From assembly GCA_965198005.1 (NCBI GenBank), contig CBDAOI010000004.1, forward strand, positions 1,920,001 through 1,984,000: a DNA stretch of 64,000 nt, given 5' to 3'. A program made the translations under genes and the position numbers. Shown here piece after piece: positions 43,742 through 52,819 of this stretch. Position 1 is the first letter of the stretch. Every line of letters begins with the position of its first letter. Source of the DNA: Spirochaetia bacterium (lineage in GTDB: Bacteria > Spirochaetota > Spirochaetia > SZUA-6 > Bin103). The notes beneath the pieces were generated by a model. It searched no databases. It saw nothing but the letters and a program-made list of their open reading frames with translations, and was not told the origin of the DNA.

Positions 43742-44734
43742 GTGAGAGACGGCACAGCATCGGACCGGCGGCACGCACTGGTGACCGGCACCGAGCGGTT
43801 CCTGACTTGGCGGCGGCGGCGCAACCTGCGGCGCCGGGCCCGCCAACAGCAGAAGAACCCCATCCTCGACTGGGCCGAGGCGATCGGGTCCGCGATCGTG
43901 ATCGTCCTCATCATCAATCAGTTCCTGCTCCAGGCCTACCAGATTCCCTCCGAATCGATGGTGCCCACGCTGCTCGTCGGCGACCGGATCTTCGTCAACA
44001 AGGTGATCTACGGTCCGGAACTGGTGCCGGGCGCGGTCAAGCTGCCCAGTCCGCGCGCACCGCGCCGCGGCGAGGTGATCATCTTCGAGAATCCCACCTA
44101 CGTGCCGATGGGGCCGCTGATGGACCTGCTGCAGCGGGTGATCTACATGGCCACGCTGTCGATCGTGAACATCGACCTCGATGAGCAGGGCGGGCAGCGG
44201 GTCCACTTCCTGATCAAGCGGGCGATCGGGATGCCGGGGGATCGGGTGCGGGTGCGCGCCGGCGACGTGGAGATCAAGGTCGGCGGCCGCGGACCATGGA
44301 TGGCGGAGCGTGAGGTGATGGAAGAGCTGGGACTGCCGTACAACGTTTCGCGTCTGTTTCCCCGCGACGGCTATCCCGACCTGCGCCGCGCCTCCGTGAT
44401 CCGGGTGCGCGCCGCGGCCGGCATGGAGGTCAGCGCGGCCGACCGGCAGGCGCTCGAACGGATTCAACGGTTGCGCAAGCTGGACCACACCTTCTCGAAC
44501 GCATGGATCGCGCGCGCGCGGTACGAGCTCGATCCGCACAACCAGGCGCTGGCGCGCGACTGGAGCCGCTTCGAGCACGGCTGGCTGGTGCCGGCCGGGA
44601 CGGTCATGCCGATGGGGGACAACCGCGACGATTCACGCGACGGCCGTGACTTCGGTCCGGTCAGCCTGGACCAGGTGCTCGGCCGCGGCCTGTTTCACTA
44701 CTGGCCGCCGTCGCGCTGGGGCAGTGTCCGGTAG
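43742..44734 (+). CDS. lepB: Signal peptidase I
   Basis: IPSESMVPTL, LIKRAIGMPGD, MGDNRDDSRDGR. Confidence 0.92.
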   Translation: MRDGTASDRRHALVTGTERFLTWRRRRNLRRRARQQQKNPILDWAEAIGSAIVIVLIINQFLLQAYQIPSESMVPTLLVGDRIFVNKVIYGPELVPGAVKLPSPRAPRRGEVIIFENPTYVPMGPLMDLLQRVIYMATLSIVNIDLDEQGGQRVHFLIKRAIGMPGDRVRVRAGDVEIKVGGRGPWMAEREVMEELGLPYNVSRLFPRDGYPDLRRASVIRVRAAAGMEVSAADRQALERIQRLRKLDHTFSNAWIARARYELDPHNQALARDWSRFEHGWLVPAGTVMPMGDNRDDSRDGRDFGPVSLDQVLGRGLFHYWPPSRWGSVR

Positions 44735-44759
44735 CGCTTCCGCGCCGACGACGCGGACG

Positions 44760-46067
44760 ATGACGGCGTTCGCGCTCTACGTGCACGTTCCGTTCTGCGC
44801 CGCACGCTGTGGCTACTGCGACTACCCCGTGCTGGTGGGCGCCCCGGAGCAGGCGGCCGGCTTCGTCGCCGCGGCGCTGGCCGAGGCGCGGGCGCTCGCG
44901 CAGGCGCTGGCGGGGCGGCCGCTGGCCGCGGTCTACGTCGGCGGCGGTACCCCGACCTGGCTGCCGCGCCCGGCGCTGCGCGCGCTGCTGCACGGGCTGG
45001 CCGGAATCGTGACCACGCGCGCGGCCGGCACCGGCGCCGGCCACACCGCCGCCGCGCCGGTCGAGTGGACCCTGGAAGCGAATCCCGAGGACCTGGACCG
45101 GGAGCTGCTGGAGATCTGCGCCGGCGCCGGCGTCAACCGGCTGTCGCTCGGCGTCCAGTCGTTCGAGGACGCCGTGCTGCTCCGGCTCGGACGGCGTTGC
45201 CACGGTCCGGACCTCGACGCGCGGCTCGACCTGGTGCTGAACCGCTGGACCGGACGCCTCAACCTCGACCTCCTGGTAGGGGTGCCGGGCCAGGCAGGCC
45301 CGGCGGTGGCGGCGGCGGTCGATCGGGCGGCGGCACTGGGTATCGGCCACGTCACGCTGCTGCAGCTCACCGACCCCGGACCCGGCGGCCCGCAGCCGGC
45401 CGCCGACGCCGACCAGCTCTGGCTGACCGGGTATGAGCGACTCCGCGCGCACGGCTTCCGCCAGTATGAGGTGACCCACTTCGGACTGGCCGGCGATCGT
45501 TCGCGCTACGTGTGTCATACGCTGCAGCTCGTGCCGCTGGCCGCGGTCGGTCCCGGAGCGGTCGGACTCCTGCCGGAGGCCGCGGCCGCGCTCTATCCGG
45601 CCGCGGCCCCCGGCCGGACGCTGCAGCCGCAGCGCGTGACGCATCCGCCGGCTCTGGCACCCTACGTCGCGGCCGCCGGCCGCGGGTGGGGAGGGTGCGC
45701 GGCCCCGGTACCGCCCGCCGACCTGCTCATGGACCACTTGGTGCACGGGCTGCGGCTGGCCGCCGGCGTGCGCGTAAGCGACGGCGCACGCTGGTTCGCG
45801 CCGTCACCGGCCGAGCTGCTCGCCGCACCGTGGCGGGAGTGGGTCAGGCGCGGTCTGGCGCACCCGGCCGGGCGCCGGCTGGCGCTCACTGCCGACGGCC
45901 TGCTCCAGGCCGACCGCCTCACCACGGAGGCGCTGGCCACCCTCGAGGAGGGACCCGCCGTCCGCTACCGTGCCGCCGCCTGGCCGGATGCCGCCCCGGC
46001 GCCCCGGCCAGCGCCCCAAAACCGTCGTCCGGGGCGCCGCTCTTGGCCCATCCCGTCCGTCCGCTAA
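44760..46067 (+). CDS. HemN/HemW-like radical SAM protein
   Basis: YVHVPFCAARCGYCD, GGGTP, EANPE, RLSLGVQSF. Confidence 0.85.
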   Translation: MTAFALYVHVPFCAARCGYCDYPVLVGAPEQAAGFVAAALAEARALAQALAGRPLAAVYVGGGTPTWLPRPALRALLHGLAGIVTTRAAGTGAGHTAAAPVEWTLEANPEDLDRELLEICAGAGVNRLSLGVQSFEDAVLLRLGRRCHGPDLDARLDLVLNRWTGRLNLDLLVGVPGQAGPAVAAAVDRAAALGIGHVTLLQLTDPGPGGPQPAADADQLWLTGYERLRAHGFRQYEVTHFGLAGDRSRYVCHTLQLVPLAAVGPGAVGLLPEAAAALYPAAAPGRTLQPQRVTHPPALAPYVAAAGRGWGGCAAPVPPADLLMDHLVHGLRLAAGVRVSDGARWFAPSPAELLAAPWREWVRRGLAHPAGRRLALTADGLLQADRLTTEALATLEEGPAVRYRAAAWPDAAPAPRPAPQNRRPGRRSWPIPSVR

Positions 46068-46236
46068 CGTTGGTAGTCGGCCCGCCGCCGGATCAGCGCG
46101 CGTCCGGCGCTTCTTATTGGACGGGCGCAACTGCCGGCTCTTCCTGCCGTTCAGCCTGCCGGTCCATCTTCCCCAACGTATCTTCTACGTGCTCCAACCT
46201 GATCTCTACGATCTAAATCTAAATCTCTGAATCTAG

Positions 46237-46749
46237 CTAAAGGGCGGACTCGAGGTCGCTCAATCGTGCCAACAGGACCAGCGGGTCGATTGGGGACTGC
46301 ACCAACCCGCAGTCCAGGTAGAAGCATCGGGCACGCTCGTTCAGCGCGTGGACGAGAACGGCGGCGACCCCGATTTCGTTGGCGGCGGTTCGGACCCGAA
46401 CCAACGCGTCTCGCACCAGTGCACGGCCGACCCCCGCACCTTGCTCGGCTGTTGCAACGGCCAAGCGCCCCAGTACGACGGCCGGGATCGGATCGGGCAC
46501 GTTGCGGTGGATTCGACCGGGTGCTTGGCGGTGATCGATAGCGCCTTCCGCCAGTGCGTAATAACCCTGGACGACGTGCCCGCGGCGAACCACGAAGGTG
46601 CGCGAGGCGCCGGAAAACTGGTTGGTCTTGGCCCGACGGATGAGCCAGTAGTCGAGGCTCGCCACGCCGCATTGGAACGCCTCGACCCGATGGGTGTCGC
46701 GGAGTTGCTCCGGTGGACCGAGAGGATGCCAATCAACGGCTAATCCCAC
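46237..46749 (-). CDS. GNAT toxin (TacT/AtaT-like)
   Basis: FQCGVASLDYWL, GYYAL, PIPAVVLGRLAV..QGAGVGRALV, VHAL..FY. Confidence 0.88.
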   Translation of the reverse strand: MGLAVDWHPLGPPEQLRDTHRVEAFQCGVASLDYWLIRRAKTNQFSGASRTFVVRRGHVVQGYYALAEGAIDHRQAPGRIHRNVPDPIPAVVLGRLAVATAEQGAGVGRALVRDALVRVRTAANEIGVAAVLVHALNERARCFYLDCGLVQSPIDPLVLLARLSDLESAL

Positions 46750-46895
46750 GGCGCCGCGGTTCCGAGCACCCGCTTGAGATTCTCGTTCGGCTTAGGCGGT
46801 GCGTCGAGGAGCTGCATGAACGCGTCAAACCGGTCGGAGTCCACGCGCAACAGGACGCGATCAAGCAGCGCGTTTTCGGCCGCCTGCCTCGCCAC
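46740..46895 (-). pseudogene. DUF1778 (TacA-like) antitoxin, N-terminus replaced by IS DNA
   Basis: ARQAAENALLD..FDAFMQLLDAPPKPNENLKRVL..APWD*. Confidence 0.8.
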
Positions 46896-48157
46896 CACCA
46901 CGACATCCTGCAGACCGCCATCGTCCACCCCGACAAGCGGCAGGTGCTGCCGTTGGCTCCCGGGTTCATTCACAACGCCGATGACTCTGGCGCCAAGAGC
47001 GCCAAACGCCGCAAGCAGGACTGTGAACTAAAAGCCGGCTACCGTGCCGTGCAGCGCATCCGTAACGACCATCCCCGGCTGGCTACGGTGATCGTCGCCG
47101 ATAGTCCGTGCTCCAAGCAACCGTTCATCGAACAGGTGCGCGCCGCCCGCTTCTCGTTTCTGCTGGTGGCCAAGCCGGAGGATCACACCAGCCTGTACCA
47201 GGATATCGACGGGCTGCGCCGCGGTCGGCTGCTGGACCACCGCTGCACCATCGACGCGACCGGGGACCGGCATGAATACGAGTGGGTTACCGGGGTGCCG
47301 CTGAACGGCAACCCCCGCAGTCCCCAGATCAACTTCGTGCACTACCGCATCGTACGGGCCGGCACGACCACCTATCAAAACGCCTGGGTGACCGACTTGG
47401 TGCCCACCGCTGGAAGCGTCGCGCGGATCGTGCGTGCGGGACGGGCACGCTGGAAGATCGAGAACGAGGGGTTCAATACGCTGAAGAACCAGGGCTATCA
47501 CCTGGAGCACAACTTCGGCCACGGTGACAAGTACCTGTCGGAGGCGTTCTTCCTACTCAACCTGCTGGCCTATTTCATGCACCAGATATTCGAGCTGGTG
47601 GACGGTCTGTATCAGCAGGTGCGGGCTGGGTTCGGGTCGCGCCGGGAGTTCTGGGGCGCGATCCGCGCCACGTTCCGGCTATTCCTGTTCCCGTCGTGGG
47701 ACCAGGTGCTGGTGCGGATGAACTCGCCGCCGCAGCCGCTGTCCGGGTAGCCGCTCCCTGGAGAACTGAACCTGCTCCCTGAACGATCCCTGACGAGGGC
47801 CGCGGCGCAGGTGTGCCGGCCGCGGCTGAGCACCGCCCCCGAAGGCCGATCGCCGCACCGCGCCAGCCCGCGGAATCGGCCGACCGGCGGTGGCTGACGG
47901 TGGTCAGGTCATCGCACCGGGCTGGCTTGACGGTGGCTAAATACATCACCTGCAATCAGTTACAGAATTTCTTCCGGGTCGGACCGTGCATTCACTCGGT
48001 GGGCCAACAGGTGGGCATGGTCGCGTTTCACACTCGGAGGGCTTGAGCTTATGACAGGGCTTGCGGTCTCGCCCTCAAGACTATTCTGCTGTAACCTTTC
48101 GGCCCCCAATGTTGCATTACTGTTTATGATGCTCTGCTGCTCCCCGAGAATTGCTGA
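46893..48157 (+). mobile_element. Right part of an ISNCY-like IS: transposase C-terminal fragment (to 47750) plus terminal repeat
   Basis: KQDCELKA, GRARWKIENEGFNTLKNQGYHLEHNFGHG; CCGAGAATTGCTGA at 48144-48157. Confidence 0.8.
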
Positions 48158-48173
48158 GCGCGGTGGGTCGCGC

Positions 48174-48203
48174 TTGACATGGATTCGGGCCGGCCTATAT
48201 ACT
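48174..48203 (+). promoter_or_regulatory. Near-consensus sigma70 promoter
   Basis: TTGACA-N18-TATACT, 16 bp after the IS end. Confidence 0.6.
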
Positions 48204-48260
48204 CGTCCGCGAATGGGAACTGACGCCATCCAGCCCAGCCGCCGGCTAGCGGTCACCCGA

Positions 48261-48359
48261 CTTACCGACTTACCGACTTACCGCGCGCCGCTAGCGGCTC
48301 AGCCAACGCCCGGCAGCCAGCCGCGCGGCAGCCAGCCGCGCGGCAGCCAGCCGCGCGGC
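48261..48359. repeat. Short tandem repeats (CTTACCGA x~3; CGGCAGCCAGCCGCG x3)
   Basis: Direct read. Confidence 0.85.
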
Positions 48360-48609
48360 GCCGGTGCTGAGCGCGGCACCATTGATCCGTGTGGCGCACA
48401 GCCGCCACGCGTCCGTGCGTCCAACGGCCGACCTGTTGGCCCGCAAACTGATACCAGTCCACACCTGCATGCGTAGCGACGTGGCCGGAGCGAGAAGGGG
48501 CGCGGCTGTGCGCGACCATACTCGTGGGCCACAGATGCGCGCTAAGCCGTGGCAGCGGCTCGGCGATCGCCGGGCCACCGTTCTGTCAGAGGAACCTGTA
48601 GCTCAAGAG

Positions 48610-48818
48610 AGGAGGTGCAAAATGATACTCAAAGAGCCGCACGCGCGCGCGGCGTGAGCGGGGGGAACCCGCTGAGTCACACGCCGCGCGCTTTCAGTGT
48701 AATTGACTCAGACTGGCCGTCCGCGTTGCGGGCGCGCCCGCTGTTGCGGGCGTCAGAGTAGCCAGGGAGCGACAACTCGCTCCGCAATACTCTGGAGATA
48801 ACATTTAAGGAAGACACG
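48610..48818 (+). promoter_or_regulatory. Structured 5' leader with uORF MILKEPHARAA (48622-48657), candidate cis-regulatory RNA
   Basis: Homologous to 18940-19151, with co-varying stems. Confidence 0.65.
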
Positions 48819-50660
48819 ATGAAAAACTTTTTGACACTGACCTTCGCGGTTGCGTTGGTCCTGGTTGTGACCGCAACCGGCCTCTGGGCCGGCGGTGGCA
48901 CGGAAGAGGAGCCGCTAGCGGCGATGGAGAAGGAAATGGTGCGCGACCCAGCCACCGGCATGATGGTAACGGCACCAGAGTACGGCGGGACATTGACCAT
49001 GTCCAAGTCGGGTGGCTTTCCTCCGACTACTGACCCGTATTTTTCCGGGGGCTGGGCCGGCCACAGCCTGCTCCATGGTACTCTAGAGTTTCTAAGCATT
49101 GCCGACTGGGCAATAGATAGGGACCAATTGGACTGGTCAAGTTTTGCCGTTCCTCTATCTGGCTTAAGAGGGGCGCTGGCGGAAAGCTGGGATATTTCCG
49201 AGGACGGGCTCACCTATACCTTCAACATCCGCCAGGGCGTTTACTTCCACGATAAGCCACCGGTGAACGGTCGGGAGATGACTGCCAAGGATGTCGAATA
49301 TACCTTTCACCGCAATCTTGGAAATCGATTGACAGGGACCGAATTCTCCGAAGCCGAACCTACCCCCGACCTCCGTTGGCAGGGGTGGGATACGATGCCG
49401 ATCGAATCGATAACAGCAACGGACAAATGGACGGTTGTTTTTAAGCTGACGCGGCCAGACGCCCGTGCGCTGCGGGGTATCATCTCCCCTTCAGTTCACT
49501 TAATTGTTGCACGAGAGGTAATCGAGGAATACGGTGACATGAAGGATTGGAGGAACGTGGTCGGCACCGGACCCTGGATGCTGACTGACCTTGTCGAGGG
49601 CAGCTCTATGACCCTTACCAAGAATCCTAACTACTGGAGCGACGACGAAAAATACCCGGGGAACCGCTTGCCCTATGTTGACGAGTTCAGGGTTCTGGTT
49701 ATGCCAGAAGCGGCAACACGAATTGCGGCACTGCGGTCGGGTAAGATCGATTACGCCGGCGCCGCGCTCTCCTCTCCTGTCCTCGACAGTATCGACAAGG
49801 TGGAGAGCATGCAGCGGACCAACCCCGAAATCGTGATATGGGAGCATATAATACGGCAGAACTCTAGTTTTGGCATGAACACGCAGAGGGCGCCCTTTGA
49901 TGACATCCGGGTGCGCAAGGCTATGCAGATGGCACTGGACCTTGAGACACTGAACGAGACCTACTTCAAAGGGTGGGGAACGTGGGGACCTCAGGGACTG
50001 ATTGCCAACGATGTCCCACTGGCTGGCACCCCATTCGAAGAATGGCCCGACGAGGTCAAGAAAGGCTATAGGTATGACCCGGCAGGGGCGGAGGAGCTCC
50101 TTGATGAGGCGGGGTATCCGCGCGGGGCCGACGGCATCAGGTTCAAGGCCCATTTGGTCTGGTTTGACAAGCAAGATCCGAGCTTTATAGAATTACTAGC
50201 CGCTACGTACTACCGTGACATTGGCGTTGATGTAGAGATTGAGCTAGTGCCAGGTCCGGAATATAATCCTAGAAGGAAAGCTAGAGATTGGGACATGCTG
50301 ATGACCATAGCGGCCGACACGGGGTCGTCGCCGCCTTGGAACGCCATGGCTAGGTACAAGACTGGTGCTGATAATAACACCGCCAATGTGAACGATCCGG
50401 CTTATGACGCCATGTTGGCAGCCGCCGAAAAGGTAAGCACGGAAGAAGAGCAACTGCTTTTGGTGAAAGAGCTGAATATGTACGCAATAGAGAGGCACTG
50501 GACCGTATTTGCTGGTAATGTAATACCGTCGACGACCGTGACCCAGCCGTGGGTCAAAGGTTATAACGGAGAATTGAAACTGGGAGGTAACCATTTTGAA
50601 TATACCATCGCCGCCCGCCTCTGGATCGACCAGGAGCTGAAGGAGTCGATGGGATTCTGA
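48819..50660 (+). CDS. ABC transporter substrate-binding protein, family 5
   Basis: Signal peptide LWAGGG, YGGTLT, LAESWD, GTGPW, PFDDIRVRKAMQMALD. Confidence 0.92.
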   Translation: MKNFLTLTFAVALVLVVTATGLWAGGGTEEEPLAAMEKEMVRDPATGMMVTAPEYGGTLTMSKSGGFPPTTDPYFSGGWAGHSLLHGTLEFLSIADWAIDRDQLDWSSFAVPLSGLRGALAESWDISEDGLTYTFNIRQGVYFHDKPPVNGREMTAKDVEYTFHRNLGNRLTGTEFSEAEPTPDLRWQGWDTMPIESITATDKWTVVFKLTRPDARALRGIISPSVHLIVAREVIEEYGDMKDWRNVVGTGPWMLTDLVEGSSMTLTKNPNYWSDDEKYPGNRLPYVDEFRVLVMPEAATRIAALRSGKIDYAGAALSSPVLDSIDKVESMQRTNPEIVIWEHIIRQNSSFGMNTQRAPFDDIRVRKAMQMALDLETLNETYFKGWGTWGPQGLIANDVPLAGTPFEEWPDEVKKGYRYDPAGAEELLDEAGYPRGADGIRFKAHLVWFDKQDPSFIELLAATYYRDIGVDVEIELVPGPEYNPRRKARDWDMLMTIAADTGSSPPWNAMARYKTGADNNTANVNDPAYDAMLAAAEKVSTEEEQLLLVKELNMYAIERHWTVFAGNVIPSTTVTQPWVKGYNGELKLGGNHFEYTIAARLWIDQELKESMGF

Positions 50661-50857
50661 CGCAACGCCTGCGGCGTTGACTGAATCAATCGCCCTACGG
50701 GCGATTGAAACGGGAGTCGCTGCGCGACTCCACGAGCGAGTTCGCCGTAGGCGACTTAGCGTTTTCGCGGTCGTTCTGGCTGCATAGAAGGGCGCCGGGA
50801 GGCGCCGGGAGGCGCCGGGAAGCCCGAGGCTTCCCGGCGCCCATTTACCACGAAGAT

Positions 50858-51865
50858 ATGAGAGCGTACATCATCAGGCGTTTCTTGCTGGCAATCCCCA
50901 CCCTGTTTATATTGAGCATCCTGGTCTTTCTCTCGGTCCGCTTCCTCCCCGGCGATGTAATAGACGCAATGGCGAATAGGATGCAGTCCGAGGGCCTGGC
51001 CATCGAGATTGACCGTGAAGCTTTTGAGCGTATGCTGGGATTAGACGTGCCTGTGTACGTGCAGTATGGACGCTGGATAGGAGTGTTGCCGACCCCTGAC
51101 TGGTTTACCGGTGAGTCCCACTTTAAAGGTCTCCTGCACGGCACCCTTGGCGAATCATGGATGTTTGGCGGTTTTTCGATAGAGGAGAGGATACTCGGTA
51201 GATTGCCGCTAACCATTCAGCTTGGTGTCATGGCAATCGTAATCGGGCTCGTCATAGCGCTGCCGGTCGGCATCTACTCGGCGATTCGCCAGGATACGGC
51301 TGCCGACTACGCGGGGCGCACCATCGCCATCATCGGCCTGGCCACGCCCAACTTCTGGTTGGCCCTGATGGTCATGATCTACCCGGCAATCTGGTGGGGC
51401 TGGACGCCACCGATGGAGTGGGTTCCTTTCACCGAAGACCCGCTGGGGAATCTCGGGGTGCTCATCATACCCGCCGTGATTCTGGGGACGGCCATGGCTG
51501 CAGGCACAATGCGGTTGACACGCACCATGATGCTGGGGGTGCTCAGGCAAGACTATATCAGGACTGCCTGGTCAAAGGGCCTCAGTGAGAGGGTTGTCGT
51601 GGTGAGACACGCCACAAGGAATGCCCTCATCCCGGTGGTTACGTTGATGGGCATGCAGTTGCCTCTGCTGGTAGGTGGCTCCGTTATCATGGAGAACATA
51701 TTTAACCTGCCCGGCTTAGGTCGTCTCTTTCTGACTTCACTCGAAGGCAGAGATTACCCTGTGGTCTCCGCAGTAAACCTGGTTTTCGCTACGGTTGTTG
51801 TGGGGGCGAATCTCATCATCGACCTGACCTATCCCTACCTCGACCCGAGGGTCCGTTATGAGTGA
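50858..51865 (+). CDS. ABC permease, DppB/OppB-like
   Basis: MRAYIIRR, QDYIRTAWSKGL, RDYPVV. Confidence 0.92.
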   Translation: MRAYIIRRFLLAIPTLFILSILVFLSVRFLPGDVIDAMANRMQSEGLAIEIDREAFERMLGLDVPVYVQYGRWIGVLPTPDWFTGESHFKGLLHGTLGESWMFGGFSIEERILGRLPLTIQLGVMAIVIGLVIALPVGIYSAIRQDTAADYAGRTIAIIGLATPNFWLALMVMIYPAIWWGWTPPMEWVPFTEDPLGNLGVLIIPAVILGTAMAAGTMRLTRTMMLGVLRQDYIRTAWSKGLSERVVVVRHATRNALIPVVTLMGMQLPLLVGGSVIMENIFNLPGLGRLFLTSLEGRDYPVVSAVNLVFATVVVGANLIIDLTYPYLDPRVRYE

Positions 51866-52772
51866 AGCCACAGGGGTATCATCATCAGTAATTGCGCCGA
51901 AGAGACGTACCGGGCTGGCTGATTTCTTCATCAGACTGTGGAGAGAGAAGCCACTGGGTACGATCAGCGGGATTATCATATTGCTGTTTATCTTTGTTGG
52001 TATCTTCGCCGATGTTCTGGCTCCCTATCCGTATGATGAGCCACACATACGTGACATGATGAAAGGCCCGTCAGCCCAGTATCTCCTCGGTACGGACCAG
52101 TTGGGGCGAGACTCATTGAGCCGCATCATCCACGGGACTCGTACTTCGTTGCTCGTCGGTCTGGCCACGACCGCTCTTGGTGTCGTGATCAGCACCCTGA
52201 TCGGCGGCACTTCGGGGTTCCTGGGTGGCAAATTGGACCTGGGTGTGCAGAGATTTGTCGACGCCTGGATGTCTTTCCCGGGACTGCTCCTGTTGTTGAC
52301 GATCATGTCTATCGTTGGGCGGGGTGTGCCACAGATAATACTGGTGCTGGGGATAGCAGGAGGCATCGGCGGCTCGAGAGTGTTGAGAGGCGCCGTTATC
52401 GACATCAAAGAGAATGTGTATTTCGAGGCGGCAGAGGCGATCGGCAGCTCAAAATGGAGAGCATTTATCCGACATGTCGTCCCCAATATCATGCCTGTCA
52501 TAGTCATCGGATTCAGCATCAACATCGGAGGCGTAATCCTGAGTATTGCATCTCTGGGCTTCCTCGGATACGGCCTGCCGTTCACGATTCCTGAGTGGGG
52601 AGGTCTGCTCAGCCGGGAAGGGCGTGAGTTCATGGAGATAGCGCCACGGCTGGCTCTCTGGCCCGGTCTTGCCCTGACTATTACCGTTTACTGTCTCAAC
52701 ATGTTCGGCGATGCGATGCGCGACCTGCTCGACCCGCGGCTGCGGGGCGGTGGCGGGCGGCCGGGTGCCTAA
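51858..52772 (+). CDS. ABC permease, DppC/OppC-like
   Basis: LGTDQLGRD, RHVVPN, GDAMRDLLDPR. Confidence 0.92.
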   Translation: MSEATGVSSSVIAPKRRTGLADFFIRLWREKPLGTISGIIILLFIFVGIFADVLAPYPYDEPHIRDMMKGPSAQYLLGTDQLGRDSLSRIIHGTRTSLLVGLATTALGVVISTLIGGTSGFLGGKLDLGVQRFVDAWMSFPGLLLLLTIMSIVGRGVPQIILVLGIAGGIGGSRVLRGAVIDIKENVYFEAAEAIGSSKWRAFIRHVVPNIMPVIVIGFSINIGGVILSIASLGFLGYGLPFTIPEWGGLLSREGREFMEIAPRLALWPGLALTITVYCLNMFGDAMRDLLDPRLRGGGGRPGA

Positions 52773-52819
52773 CCACACACACTCGATACCAAGGAACACT
52801 GAAATTGCCTAGCTAGCTA

